DNA of 64,000 bases, from IMG/VR virus record IMGVR_UViG_3300035099_000047, positions 64,001-128,000 of that record; one strand, written 5' to 3'. The stretch's first letter is position 1; every line of letters begins with the position of its first letter. The position numbers and the translations under genes are program-made. The DNA comes from a virus. Shown here piece by piece: positions 18,301-28,100 of this stretch. The notes below the pieces were generated by a model that saw only the letters and a list, made by a program, of their open reading frames with translations, was not told where the DNA came from and did no database searches.

Positions 18301-19499
18301 GGCGGAGATCCGCATTCTGCTGCACTAGAACAAGTGCCCCCTGGTGGAGTGCAACCAGATAGTTGAGCGGGGGTTTGGCAGGCTAATTCACAAGCGTCCT
18401 GACAAGAGTACTGAATGCTGGTTTGGCAATGGGCTTGACAGTAACCCTTGCAAGTTTCCTCATAACTTTGACAAGTACCTTGACAGTGTTGCTGACACTG
18501 CTGCCGACAGGAACTTTGACAAGAGCTTTGGCAGGTATCCTGACAATAACTTTGACATGGGTCTTCGCAACCCTGTTCACAAGCCTCTTGGCAAAAGAAC
18601 ATGCAAGCGTTTTGACATTTATGTTCACACCGAGCTTGGCATACTGGTTCACAGGAGCTTTTGCAACTTAATTCGCACAAAGCAGCGCATTTGGTCTGAC
18701 AACTTAGCTGACATGCTCCAGTGCAAGTAAGAGTGAGTGATTCATCATCTGCTATGAGATTGGATGGTTCTTCGTCGAACAAAGCAACCATTCTGCTACC
18801 ATCCGCCCCATCGCAGGTTTCCTTAACCCAGTCGGGGTAGTCTTCAGTGCATATCGGTACCGGCGGCAACACCTGAATTGGCACCACCTCTTGCAAATCG
18901 TGAACCAAAGACAATGCATCTGGATAGCTAAGCTGACCAGGCACCAGCCCGGAATGGTTTGTACATCGTAGATCAACAGGACCCTCCCATGGCAACACAG
19001 ACTCTAACACTGCCCCCATACGGAGGCCATATGGAATACTGCTAGTAAACAACACTCGAGCAGCACGGTAAGGGTGGCTTAGGGACTGACTGGCCGAATA
19101 ATCCACCGTTTCATTCAAACTACCTTTGTACAACTCCACTGGGTTGTAATTACCCAGTCCCTTCAACTTCATCATCCTGATCCAGCTTAACACCAATCCC
19201 TTGATCTTGTAGCTGTTCACCAACTCCTTGGCATACTCCCTTTGGTGGAACAGAGGTAGTTCCTGGGGGCTCTCACTACCCAATGCCTTGGTCAACAAGG
19301 CCAATATCAGAGAGCTAGTGGATTCCAAATTGATCAATCCCCGCAGACCTTCGATCAAGCCTGCAGTGGAATCTATTTGTTCTTGGATCGCAGCCAGAAT
19401 CTGCTGCAAGATAGGGCCACCGGGGAGATCGCCAGAGGCATCAGAGTCCTTCTGGCGTAGAACCAGGGGTAGCAGATCATATGCACCGATCTTGGTCAT
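15387..19499 (-). CDS. Baseplate wedge (gpI/gp7-like) protein fused to three Cys-X-X-X repeat blocks and beta-rich domains
   Basis: Directly follows baseplate J/gp6; N-terminal YDLLPLVLRQKD...YKIKG; CxxxC blocks. Confidence 0.85.
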   Translation of the reverse strand: MTKIGAYDLLPLVLRQKDSDASGDLPGGPILQQILAAIQEQIDSTAGLIEGLRGLINLESTSSLILALLTKALGSESPQELPLFHQREYAKELVNSYKIKGLVLSWIRMMKLKGLGNYNPVELYKGSLNETVDYSASQSLSHPYRAARVLFTSSIPYGLRMGAVLESVLPWEGPVDLRCTNHSGLVPGQLSYPDALSLVHDLQEVVPIQVLPPVPICTEDYPDWVKETCDGADGSRMVALFDEEPSNLIADDESLTLTCTGACQLSCQTKCAALCELSCKSSCEPVCQARCEHKCQNACMFFCQEACEQGCEDPCQSYCQDTCQSSCQSSCRQQCQQHCQGTCQSYEETCKGYCQAHCQTSIQYSCQDACELACQTPAQLSGCTPPGGTCSSAAECGSPPTGYQGMWGSPNPDETKGCLTTAETCQTISQTITTTYGPCNLTMELPHSTPPSTSDPHASPSVVMTGAQVANVEVVIYGEDSNGHPVAYWGVTNREGLANMVVPPGHYTVMPLWYDYPPLTFSPSSQEVDFISGTSPTVNFTTSWHPGSSTSGTFVAMSRSFCGWYGELPVNEPKTASGYHREPHNAWARVSLDEALDFLVEAGIDPNSVPGTIVSAFRNYGQIVFSAPDVNLGEITHLMLYDRDYRYAPTGEQLIGWSPLVPHLYVYAHNSLKIPHRSQVFYLLLSKRVGRKKLGDQIAEQWSVTTHMLEPTICETTCQLICQEACTTGCQIQHLDYPCTSGCTSWCTGGCTGGCTAGTQTCEGGTCQLSCTGGCTTDCTVGCHSDCTTGCTSANQADIPKITLRAERSWNFTTDPRETSGSGKWYLAGELSTRIGGWDPSGYIYSELYRDDKPYRMPFETTITWRLVGSWKEIFGIPDNATVVGVRFIGMNTRCLIWDNVGVQDFVQYGAAGVNCNTAIPSILWWGRRVFGVENDWLYMNPGSIHGISEGLGGATDSVEFMLQSLFHLSQTGGHARIGYNNLTLEVRYQTPKTTGCTTKCQASCETECETGCASHCEYHCQDDCQTHYEGPCTTYCETHCESDCQELWAALGCGDVQVSPCGSRCQQSCQYNCQANSCETRTQLGCSRTCQTKCQMAPCQTLSQYSSCVSTSCETTCMTDCQYECENVCQRFCQGEAQVGECMGSCQLDCQTTCQKHCQTYYQYGGSLWVAQYPTGEPCETTCQSWCQPVCQSGTCQSQSQTDYTGCLTSYQGSCQVVTCQTQNQFSCVNYCETWKQFRDCISQCQVACQVGGLESGTGDIPCKIVCQYDCQALCELTCQAAACETRRETDCHTACEAWNQVSGCTTLCQGGSCQSGCEPIAQVVGCSERCQSVCEAVCQLQCQIACEATGCQLNCQVAGCQVYAQPSV

Positions 19500-19508
19500 G
19501 ATCTGCTC

Positions 19509-21518
19509 CTAGTCACTAAGCAGATCTACTATAAAAGTCCCCGGTACGACCAACTGGTTCTTTTCTACTGGTATGTCCCCAGCCACCACGCTCAGCAACT
19601 GCGTATAGTTGGTGGCAATGCTAGTTTCAGCACTAGGGGCATTGGTAAACGTAAACTCATAGGCTCCGGTTTCATAATCAATCACAGCCACCTTGGTATC
19701 ATCTTTATTTCCAACCAAACGACCATGACCGTCATCTGTTACCACTTGAACTCCATCAGTAAAAGCCACAGTGTTTTTGATCAACGGAGGGTAAGTGAGT
19801 TTGCCCGTGAAGGTGCGGGTAATGCCATTAGTCGTAGCAATATCAGTTTCATTGCGTAGGTACTGCAATGGGTAGCGGTACTCAATTTTAATCTCAGCAT
19901 TCAGTGGTACCGCTTCTCTCAAGGTGAAATTCAAATCCCCAGTGGCATAATCCACCGTGTTCTCAGCCGTAGGATCCACATCCCCAATCAAACGCCCATC
20001 TCCGTTGTCTGTAATCACCAAAGTGTCAGCCTTAATGGTAATGCTACTAGGGCGGGGCACTTGCTGAGTGGTGTAATCAAACTGAGTAGTATGTCCGTCT
20101 GACAATCCAATCAATTCAGTTTTCTTGTAGGTAGCGGTCACAAGCCGTACCAAACTGTGCTCCACCCCGCTAGAGGCCTGTATAGTGCTGTAAAGCTTGC
20201 TCATGCGTACAGCCGTGCCAGGCTGATTACTTGGGTTGTTTAACAACGCCGTTAGGGCATAGTTGACATTGGTCAAAGTTTCGCTATTGCTTAGAAGGCC
20301 GTTTGGCACCACCCCTACATCCAGATCCAAGTACACTATGTTACCGTCCAACACATCCACATCTACGGTAATGATACGCACTGCTCCAGTGCCGTTGTTG
20401 TTAAAATAGGCAGATACTGCGTTTTTCAAGCCTTCGCTGGGAGGTACTATGTTACCCAATTCATTTCGTGCCCACAAGTATAAGTCTACAAGGTTGCTCT
20501 CTGGTACATTTTGATGAAGTTGTGCCTTGGCGTGAGACGGAGCACCGTAAATGGGATCTTTGAAGGTAGAAGCCAAGGTATCAAAATCAGATTCTGTAAC
20601 TGCGCGGCCGTTGGCCACCACCGATTTCGGGGCCCAAAACTTAGCGTGGTCAATTGTTTCTTTTTCTTCACCACCGCTACCACGTTCATTGTTGTACAGA
20701 GCCACGTCTACTGTTTGAATTGGCATGGTACCACTCAAGTTACCTGGTACCGATACATCAATATCCCCAATAGGCACATTGCCAACCACTCCGCCTCCTA
20801 TACGATAACTACATGAAATGGTAGCATTCTTGGTAGGTATTTGACCGCTGGTGCCGTCCCCAAATTTCACGTATCCATAGTCATCCACATCGGTGCGTAC
20901 ACTGTAACTTTGGTCCACTCCACTGCTGTAAACCAACGATTCTACTTCGTCCCAAGCGAAGCCATCTACAGTTACACTCAAGCTACCATCAATCAACGGA
21001 GTGCTGGAGAGCTTGAACTCTTGAAATGCGGTACCATCGCTAGTGAATTCATCAGTAACAGTTAGCCCTTGGACAAAAGTAAGATCCGCTGTCAAGTGAC
21101 CAGCCGGTATGGTTTGGTCCGTTAGACTTTCAAACTTGACTCCCGTTACACTGCTGATTTCCGTGTGTGCAGGTATCACGGTGTCATAGGTTTGAATAGA
21201 TGGAAGAGTAGCCGTGAGAAGGACTGAGGCGCTAGTAGCTGGCCGAAGGTTATACCCTATGAGCCTGCAGAGCAAAATCACACTTTCTCGATCTTTGGCT
21301 GTAGGGAGGAATTGTTCGTTGCAATAAGTGTCTATCATGAAGGAAAGGGAATCAAACGTAAATGCAACTAGCTCCATTAGGCAGGTCCCAATTGAGCTTT
21401 CAGTAAAGTCTTTCCATGTATTGGGAAACCTGGCCCGAATGTTGGCCTGAAGCGCAGCAAGTATCGTGGAATAGTCTTGATTTGTATAGTCTATTGCAGG
21501 AGTAGTGGTCATCCTCAC
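19509..21518 (-). CDS. Baseplate wedge protein (T4 gp6 / P2 gpJ-like)
   Basis: IDYTNQDY...WKDFTESSIG...FLPTA...FGDGTSGQIP...GGEEKETID...RAVTESDF. Confidence 0.92.
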   Translation of the reverse strand: MRMTTTPAIDYTNQDYSTILAALQANIRARFPNTWKDFTESSIGTCLMELVAFTFDSLSFMIDTYCNEQFLPTAKDRESVILLCRLIGYNLRPATSASVLLTATLPSIQTYDTVIPAHTEISSVTGVKFESLTDQTIPAGHLTADLTFVQGLTVTDEFTSDGTAFQEFKLSSTPLIDGSLSVTVDGFAWDEVESLVYSSGVDQSYSVRTDVDDYGYVKFGDGTSGQIPTKNATISCSYRIGGGVVGNVPIGDIDVSVPGNLSGTMPIQTVDVALYNNERGSGGEEKETIDHAKFWAPKSVVANGRAVTESDFDTLASTFKDPIYGAPSHAKAQLHQNVPESNLVDLYLWARNELGNIVPPSEGLKNAVSAYFNNNGTGAVRIITVDVDVLDGNIVYLDLDVGVVPNGLLSNSETLTNVNYALTALLNNPSNQPGTAVRMSKLYSTIQASSGVEHSLVRLVTATYKKTELIGLSDGHTTQFDYTTQQVPRPSSITIKADTLVITDNGDGRLIGDVDPTAENTVDYATGDLNFTLREAVPLNAEIKIEYRYPLQYLRNETDIATTNGITRTFTGKLTYPPLIKNTVAFTDGVQVVTDDGHGRLVGNKDDTKVAVIDYETGAYEFTFTNAPSAETSIATNYTQLLSVVAGDIPVEKNQLVVPGTFIVDLLSD

Positions 21519-21925
21519 GCTCCAACTATGAACGAGGTTGTTTGCGGTTCAGAACGAGGTTGGTAGCGGTCACGATACACAACGCTGACCAACACCTTAC
21601 TACCATTTTCTTCCGGTATGGAAGAGTTGACTGATATGACTTCCAATCGAGGGTCCCACTTGGGCACCACTCGCTGAACAATAGCAGTCAAATCGCCCTG
21701 CACCCGGGCCCCGGCAGGTTCAAACAGTAGTTCCATAATGTTACTACCAAACTCACACAGCATCACCCGCTCACCTAGCATAGTCATGATTATCATTTCC
21801 ACAGAAGAGGCGAGCACATCATGATCATTTTTGATTTCAAAGTAACTCTTAAGATTCGATCCCCATGGCCAAGCCATTCCACCGTAATTGAACGAATTGG
21901 CCAAGGGAGTTGGGAGCGTAGACAT
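21515..21925 (-). CDS. Baseplate wedge/sheath initiator (gp25-like)
   Basis: TMLGERVMLCEFGS..LLFEP..WDPRL. Confidence 0.9.
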   Translation of the reverse strand: MSTLPTPLANSFNYGGMAWPWGSNLKSYFEIKNDHDVLASSVEMIIMTMLGERVMLCEFGSNIMELLFEPAGARVQGDLTAIVQRVVPKWDPRLEVISVNSSIPEENGSKVLVSVVYRDRYQPRSEPQTTSFIVGA

Positions 21926-21927
21926 GA

Positions 21928-22842
21928 TTAGCGGTCCTTGAAACCCTTGACGTGCCGGGCATTTGCTTTGATTTCACTTGGGCTCATCACAATACTACTA
22001 CTCACACTGATAGGGGAATACATGTTGGAGCCATCCGGCTGTGGGCTTTCCTGAATGCCGGTTTTGCTTGGCCCTAACCCCAATTGACCCGCCGTTTGGC
22101 CCGTGCTGTCGATGCATCGCAGAGTGAGCTTGCTACCCCTGAAATTACTGAGCACTGGCTGACCGTCCTTGTCATTCCCATCCAGGCCTGCTATTGGATT
22201 GCCCGAGTTATCACATTCCACATTGGCAATCACATCTACATAGACCCCTTTGACCTTGATTTTGTCATCGCTTTGAACTGTGAATGGGTACTTGCTTTTC
22301 ACTGTCATCTTGTGCCGTTTCAAGTCCATTTTGATGTAGGTGTCGTACTCCCCATGTTTACCTGGTGTACGAGTTTCTTCTCCTGTATCAGGATCTCGTT
22401 CTACTGTATCATCTCGACCTGCATAAATCTCCACACTTTCATCACTCACCAAGCGCACCATCTGACCACCTCTGGTGCGCCACATCTTGATGTCTGGATA
22501 GCGGTAGGTATTGGCGTACTTAGCCTTGCCTGGGAATTCACTGTGAGAGAACCAACCGCCCAACCAACAAGGGGCTGCAGGATCACCCCCCTCAAACACC
22601 ACCATTACCAAAGATTGGACTGGGGGTATATCCACAAACCCACAGTTGGAGCCAGAGCTAGGGAACATGGGGAATGCCCATGGGAGTTGATCTGCAGTGG
22701 CATTGTTGCCATGAATCAAGGGCACCCGCACCTTGAGTCGCCCACAATGGGTGTTGCGAGGTTCATCCCGGTCATCTTTGAGAACAACACCTCGGTAGAT
22801 TCCAAGGTATCGTGGACCATCGGGCGTTTGGATGAGGGTCAA
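21928..22842 (-). CDS. Baseplate central spike (gp5/gpV OB-fold), no lysozyme domain
   Basis: YRGVV...GRLKVRVP...LPWA...PPVQSLVMVVFEGGDP..P.WLG. Confidence 0.88.
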   Translation of the reverse strand: MTLIQTPDGPRYLGIYRGVVLKDDRDEPRNTHCGRLKVRVPLIHGNNATADQLPWAFPMFPSSGSNCGFVDIPPVQSLVMVVFEGGDPAAPCWLGGWFSHSEFPGKAKYANTYRYPDIKMWRTRGGQMVRLVSDESVEIYAGRDDTVERDPDTGEETRTPGKHGEYDTYIKMDLKRHKMTVKSKYPFTVQSDDKIKVKGVYVDVIANVECDNSGNPIAGLDGNDKDGQPVLSNFRGSKLTLRCIDSTGQTAGQLGLGPSKTGIQESPQPDGSNMYSPISVSSSIVMSPSEIKANARHVKGFKDR

Positions 22843-23030
22843 TTTAGTTTCCTATCCACATTAACTTGCCGTTTAACGTGAAAGTGTAACCACTCCCAAA
22901 ATGGCGAGCAAGCCGCAACAATCCGCGTTATCTCACCGTTTAACGTGAATTGTCCGGTGCTTGACTAAAACTACCAACAGCCCTTGCTGCGCTTGTTAGA
23001 CAACAATCTACGTGGCTCTACGGGGCTGTT

Positions 23031-24212
23031 TTAGCCATTCCCCTCCCACCTTTTTTCCAAAACAACATACGCTTTTAATTCCCCTTGGGTGCATATGTTG
23101 CGAACTTTATTCAATTGCCAAATCCCACTACTAGAGTCTGGATCATCCCACTCTTGACAAACTACTCTCACCTTGTCCCCTGGCGTCAATCCCACAGAAA
23201 ACGGCACCTCACTTACCATTTTATACAAGCCACGAGCATTGCGAGCCCAGCGGGACTCAGCCTCGTGTTTCAACTGTTCTGTAGTCGTTTTGCCCCAAAG
23301 ATTGCGGTTCTCAGCAAAATGAGAGAATGATTGTGTTGCCGTACCCCATTCTCGATCGAAAGGTCTGCCACGAGCTAAGTAGTTAAAATCCGCATTGCTT
23401 TCGTAGGTTTCATGCCATTGATAACGATTACTCATGGGGTCATGACCATTCACTCGCATACGACCAGACCCGTCCCAAACCTGTTGGGCTACAGTCTTGA
23501 TTGCTTCCGGCCCCGCCATTATTATGATATTAGGATCGTCCTGAACCCAGTCACTAAACTTTAACCGAGGAGATTCTGTACTATTGGAAGGGCGAAATAC
23601 AACTGTGTCACCATCCCGAACCCAAAACCTCCAATCCTTGCGACCACTGCGACTGTAGGCCAAAGGTAACAAATAGTTCTTGATGAATGATCCTGAACTG
23701 CACTTGCCATTGCTGATAGTATATTGACCTACAGTTTCCTCCACATCAGCATCTAGTCCAGCATCCTCGGCCAACTCGGTCACAATATCGCTGACACGAG
23801 CTCGCTCCCAGTTGCGGTCTATGGGGTGGCACCGATTCAGTGCGTTACCATGGCACAACCCTTTGAAATTGAAAACAGTTAAGTCCCCCCAAGTTCGTTT
23901 ACGGCCTTGCAACAGCTCTAGTGTTTTCCAGTTAGTTAGCTTCTTGAGGTAAGGAGTAATGGGAAAATTAACTGGATTCTGAGGATTTATTCCATCTACT
24001 CCAAAACGAAAGCGGAATGTAAACCCAGTGCCTCCATCCAACGCCAAAAAATCGTTGAATCGGTCGCTGACTTTATCCACTAGGTTCATTGCCCATTTAG
24101 CGCAACCATCCAGACTTTCCTCATATAAAAAACTGACTAACATACCATTATTTAACAAAACGGGGTCGTCAAACCCTGGGGCATCCACATCAATCCAAGG
24201 AGTGATAGGCAT
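23031..24212 (-). CDS. Baseplate hub (gp27/gpD-like)
   Basis: Position; VSDIVTELAEDAGL; LTPGDKV...SGIWQLNKVR. Confidence 0.7.
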   Translation of the reverse strand: MPITPWIDVDAPGFDDPVLLNNGMLVSFLYEESLDGCAKWAMNLVDKVSDRFNDFLALDGGTGFTFRFRFGVDGINPQNPVNFPITPYLKKLTNWKTLELLQGRKRTWGDLTVFNFKGLCHGNALNRCHPIDRNWERARVSDIVTELAEDAGLDADVEETVGQYTISNGKCSSGSFIKNYLLPLAYSRSGRKDWRFWVRDGDTVVFRPSNSTESPRLKFSDWVQDDPNIIIMAGPEAIKTVAQQVWDGSGRMRVNGHDPMSNRYQWHETYESNADFNYLARGRPFDREWGTATQSFSHFAENRNLWGKTTTEQLKHEAESRWARNARGLYKMVSEVPFSVGLTPGDKVRVVCQEWDDPDSSSGIWQLNKVRNICTQGELKAYVVLEKRWEGNG

Positions 24213-24214
24213 GG

Positions 24215-24586
24215 TTAATCAAACAACGCTTTGTTACCCTCGGTAAGGGCTCTTTCCACTGCTGATTCTAACGGTATTTTAAGAGCCATACCAGGATACA
24301 TCTCAGCCAATGGGTCCTTGATGTTGTTAACACTAGCTATTGCCCACCACAAGTCTTCACGTTTGTAAAAGGCATAGCTGATCTTATCCAACCGGCCCAC
24401 ATCGGCTACTTGAACCTCATAATTGTAATAGTTGGTCATGTCGATTTTAGGACGGTTCCATACGCCCCAACGCAACCCGTACTTGCCTCGAATGGTATCG
24501 CCATGCAAACGGGTAAGCTGGAACCGGCTACCAGAAGGCAGCTGAGACGCTTTGGAACGCAACAGGTCATCCACGACTGAAGACAT
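24215..24586 (-). CDS. Baseplate gp53/LysM-like protein
   Basis: GRLDKISYAFY...LWWAIASVNNI.DP...PG..LKIP. Confidence 0.85.
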   Translation of the reverse strand: MSSVVDDLLRSKASQLPSGSRFQLTRLHGDTIRGKYGLRWGVWNRPKIDMTNYYNYEVQVADVGRLDKISYAFYKREDLWWAIASVNNIKDPLAEMYPGMALKIPLESAVERALTEGNKALFD

Positions 24587-25190
24587 AGCTAGTACACGTC
24601 ACCCTTTCTGATAAGAACTTAATATCAGCCAATCCAGATTCTCCATATTCCCCAAAATGGCGACGGAACCCTAAGTTGACGTCTACTACAGTAGGTAAGC
24701 CGTATTGGTCTCCGCAACCCCCCCTAAAAGTTACCGTTGAACTAACAAAATACCCCCAAGCACTCCACCAGTATCCTACAACAGGTCCTTTCAATCCCAC
24801 AGCACATAGAGGGGAAGAGCTGAAACGGCTACTAAGCCAACGAGGTTTAGCTAAATTTGACAACCCTTCAGCCACGCTCTTAATGGCTGCTCCATCCTCC
24901 AACGTATATCCATTAAAATAGCAACCACAAAACAGCGTGATGGGAAACTCATAATCATCGAATTGACCACTCTTAAAATTGAAACCCCGAGGGTGGGGGT
25001 TTAACTCGGTGGTACCTGCCATGGCCTCCAATTCCAACTTATACGTTTCTGCAAACTCTTCAGCCAACTTTCCAGACACCACCAAGTCAAAATAACGGTA
25101 GCCTGGGCTCAATGCAGGCATGCTGGCATCCAACATAATAATCAAGTGGCTAGCCTTTGCAGGGATGTCAGTCTTATAATCGGCCATCAA
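24567..25190 (-). CDS. Putative tail tube initiator (gp48/gp54-like)
   Basis: Position between tape measure and gp53-like gene. Confidence 0.5.
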   Translation of the reverse strand: MMADYKTDIPAKASHLIIMLDASMPALSPGYRYFDLVVSGKLAEEFAETYKLELEAMAGTTELNPHPRGFNFKSGQFDDYEFPITLFCGCYFNGYTLEDGAAIKSVAEGLSNLAKPRWLSSRFSSSPLCAVGLKGPVVGYWWSAWGYFVSSTVTFRGGCGDQYGLPTVVDVNLGFRRHFGEYGESGLADIKFLSERVTCTSYVFSRG

Positions 25191-28100
25191 ATGGTTCCAA
25201 ATTGGCTGAGTTTTTCCAGATCACTAACATCCAAGTCCTTAGCTTGCTTAAATGTCCGATCAGCGAAGTCAATCAAGGCTGCAGTTTGATTGGTAATGGC
25301 ATCTACAATGGGTTGAGCAAATTTGGTAGACTTCATAATGGTATCCAAATCGACATCTACTGTTACATCAGGCAATTCCGGGGCCAACAGACTTCGGATA
25401 GGTTGAGGGATCAACGGCATTAAGGGAACAAACATCTGCTGGATGCATTCAGCCAAATAGTCCTTCTGTCCAAAAATACCCTCGCTGAATGCACTTACAA
25501 AATTAACACCGGCTTCTGCCAGTTGACTTAATGGGCCCTTCAAGGCATCCGAATGAGGCAAATAATCATCTGCCGTTTGGGCTATTGTTTCTGTTGCTTT
25601 AGCTACTTGATCTTGTTGATTGATTTCGCCTTCAGCAAACGCACTAACTACGGCCTCCCCGCTCTTTTTACCCTCTTGTACAACCTCATCCTCAACATTG
25701 ATACCCAATATCCACCTTATTGGCTTGGGTATCTTGTGAATCAAACGCTTCACCCATTCCCATACAGCCCCCAAACTATTCTTGAAACCTTCCCACAAAG
25801 CATAAAAGGCGTTCCCTATAGCTTCAATGCCAGCCAAGAATGATTTTTTGAGTTCTTCCCAATGCTGAACCACATATTTGATGGCCAGTATCGCCCAACC
25901 CAATGGACCCATTGCTATTAGTAGCGCAGTCTTGATCTTGCTGGAACCACTCCAAATCCAAGTAAACAACTTCGTAAAAAACCAGATCAGGCCCTTGATC
26001 ATTAGCACCGGCCAAGTCAAAGGCGCAAACATGAATTTGATTGCCTTGCCTATGAAAGAGCTACCTTCCGACATCCAACTCTTCAATCTTTCCCAGACCT
26101 TCTTCAAACTTTGAACCGCTAGTATCGCCCAACCCAATGGACCCATAGCTATTAACAATGCCGTTCTAACTTTGCCGGAACCACTCCAAATCCAATTCCA
26201 CAAGAACACTATGCCTCTCCACAGCAACTTGACCCCCTCTATAACCAAGAATATTGGGGCAAGGGCTATTTTGAAAACAAATATGAAAACCTTTCCCAAC
26301 CATAGCAGCGCTGGAATGACTCCGGGACTACCCCCCACAATGGCTTTGATCAAACGGTAAATACCATATGTCAAGGCCACAACAGCTATGACTATCCAAG
26401 TTATCGGGTTCGCCCACAGTGCAGCGTTAAAAGCCCATGACGCTCCAGTCAAAATCCATTCCCATATAGCAGCCCCCTTGATATTTGTGGTTAAAAGGGG
26501 TAGCACTATGGACCCCATAAACATCAATATAGTAGCAACCTTGTCAAGTATTCCAGATTGATCACCAAATACAGCGCTGAGTCCCAGTGCCACAGAGCCT
26601 ACGAGGGACATAGCTTTGCTCAGCCTACCAGCTGCCATGGTATCTGCTATTTTAGCTCCTGTACTTGCAGCTATTGCAGAAGCTTCATGCCTCTTTTGCC
26701 TCTCAAGCAACTTGCTAGAAGACCAGTGTCTCAACTGGGCAAAATGGTTCTTGATCCACTCCCATTTTTCCAACACCAACATTTCCCACACCCGTTTCAG
26801 TGACCGCACTAAATCGTTGTGTATAAACGAGGCAAACCCTTTCCTGATTCTCAAATTTTTGATATAAAGCCACGTACTTTGCCTTATCATATTGTTATCA
26901 TGAGCCCATTTAGCAGCGGAAACTATCAACCCTCGTATTAGCTGCCATTGGGTTTGAATGAGATGAGCTAAAGCTCCATAAGCCTTCACTCCCAAATGCC
27001 ATGTATACCGTATTAACAAAGGCAACAACAATACTCCTAACACCCAACCCAAAACTTTCAAAACTACATTCAACCAACTCAACCTTTTACCTATTATTGA
27101 TAACACTTGACCCAGCTTACCAGACCCTGGTATGAAACTTCCCGTCAAGATATTGGCTATCCCCTCGAATAAACCACTAACCGGAGCCAAAACGAACTCT
27201 ACCGATTCTATGGCTTTGGCCAAAAGGTTTACCACGGGAAGCAGAGCGGTTAAAACCACCTTGAATAAAGGGACTAATAACAACACTATCCTACCTATCA
27301 CTGCTGCCATATCCATCAAGGCTGGCTGAACTGATGCAAACAAAGTCAAAAAGGCTTGTTGAATAGGCCAAATGGCTACCTTGATAAAATAATGCAACAT
27401 CTGCAAAAGGGGCTCAAAAATTTGAGTAATAGCCGAAGTGACTATTTTAACTGTGTCTCCAAGGGCATCACCTATTGCAATGACAAGCGCATCCAACGCT
27501 CTTTCCCCCATGCCACCCCCTTTGCCAAAAATCCTGCTGAACATACCACTGGTTGCCTTGCCCTGCTTTTCTAATTCCTTAGCCAACTCAGGCAAGAAAC
27601 CTTTTTTAGCAGCATTGATCATAAGGTCACTGAGTGCCTTCTTAAATTCAGGGGTACCGGGAGCAACCTTGTTTAGGCTTTTACTATACTCCTTCAACCA
27701 GAACTTCAAGAACTTCGGATTAGTTAGGTTCTTGAAAAAAGACAAGGGTAATGATGGGTCTTTAGAGAAAGCAACAAACACTTTCTGCAGCGACTTTTCA
27801 ATCTCTCCAAGATTAGGTTCCTTTTCCAAGTGTTTCCAAACCTTGCGCAAGATGGGGATACTAGAATGCTCAAACGCTATTGCAAAATCCTTCCCTGTTT
27901 TACCCATCAAATCCGTAAAGGCTTTGGCCCGTTTAGCTTCCTCTGCCAACCTTGCAAACTCAAATATAGGTTGGATGTCCACCTTGCCTGCATAAGACAA
28001 AGTACCAAATAATTCTTTATGAAACTTCTGAATGAATTTTGGATCGAAATTTTCGGTTAGCTTCTTTATGGCATCGGATGCTCCAGGGATAGCAGCTTCC

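Noticed and set aside
9389-18730. Many plus-strand and alternate-frame ORFs with LT/FT or VK/AK periodicity
   Set aside because: They are shadows of the TGY-CAA/GAA codon repeats of the Cys-rich genes
9308-19499. CRISPR array or diversity-generating retroelement in the repetitive tail region
   Set aside because: Repeats are degenerate codon-level 12-nt periodicity with no repeat-spacer structure. No reverse transcriptase or adenine-variable TR/VR pair was seen in the window
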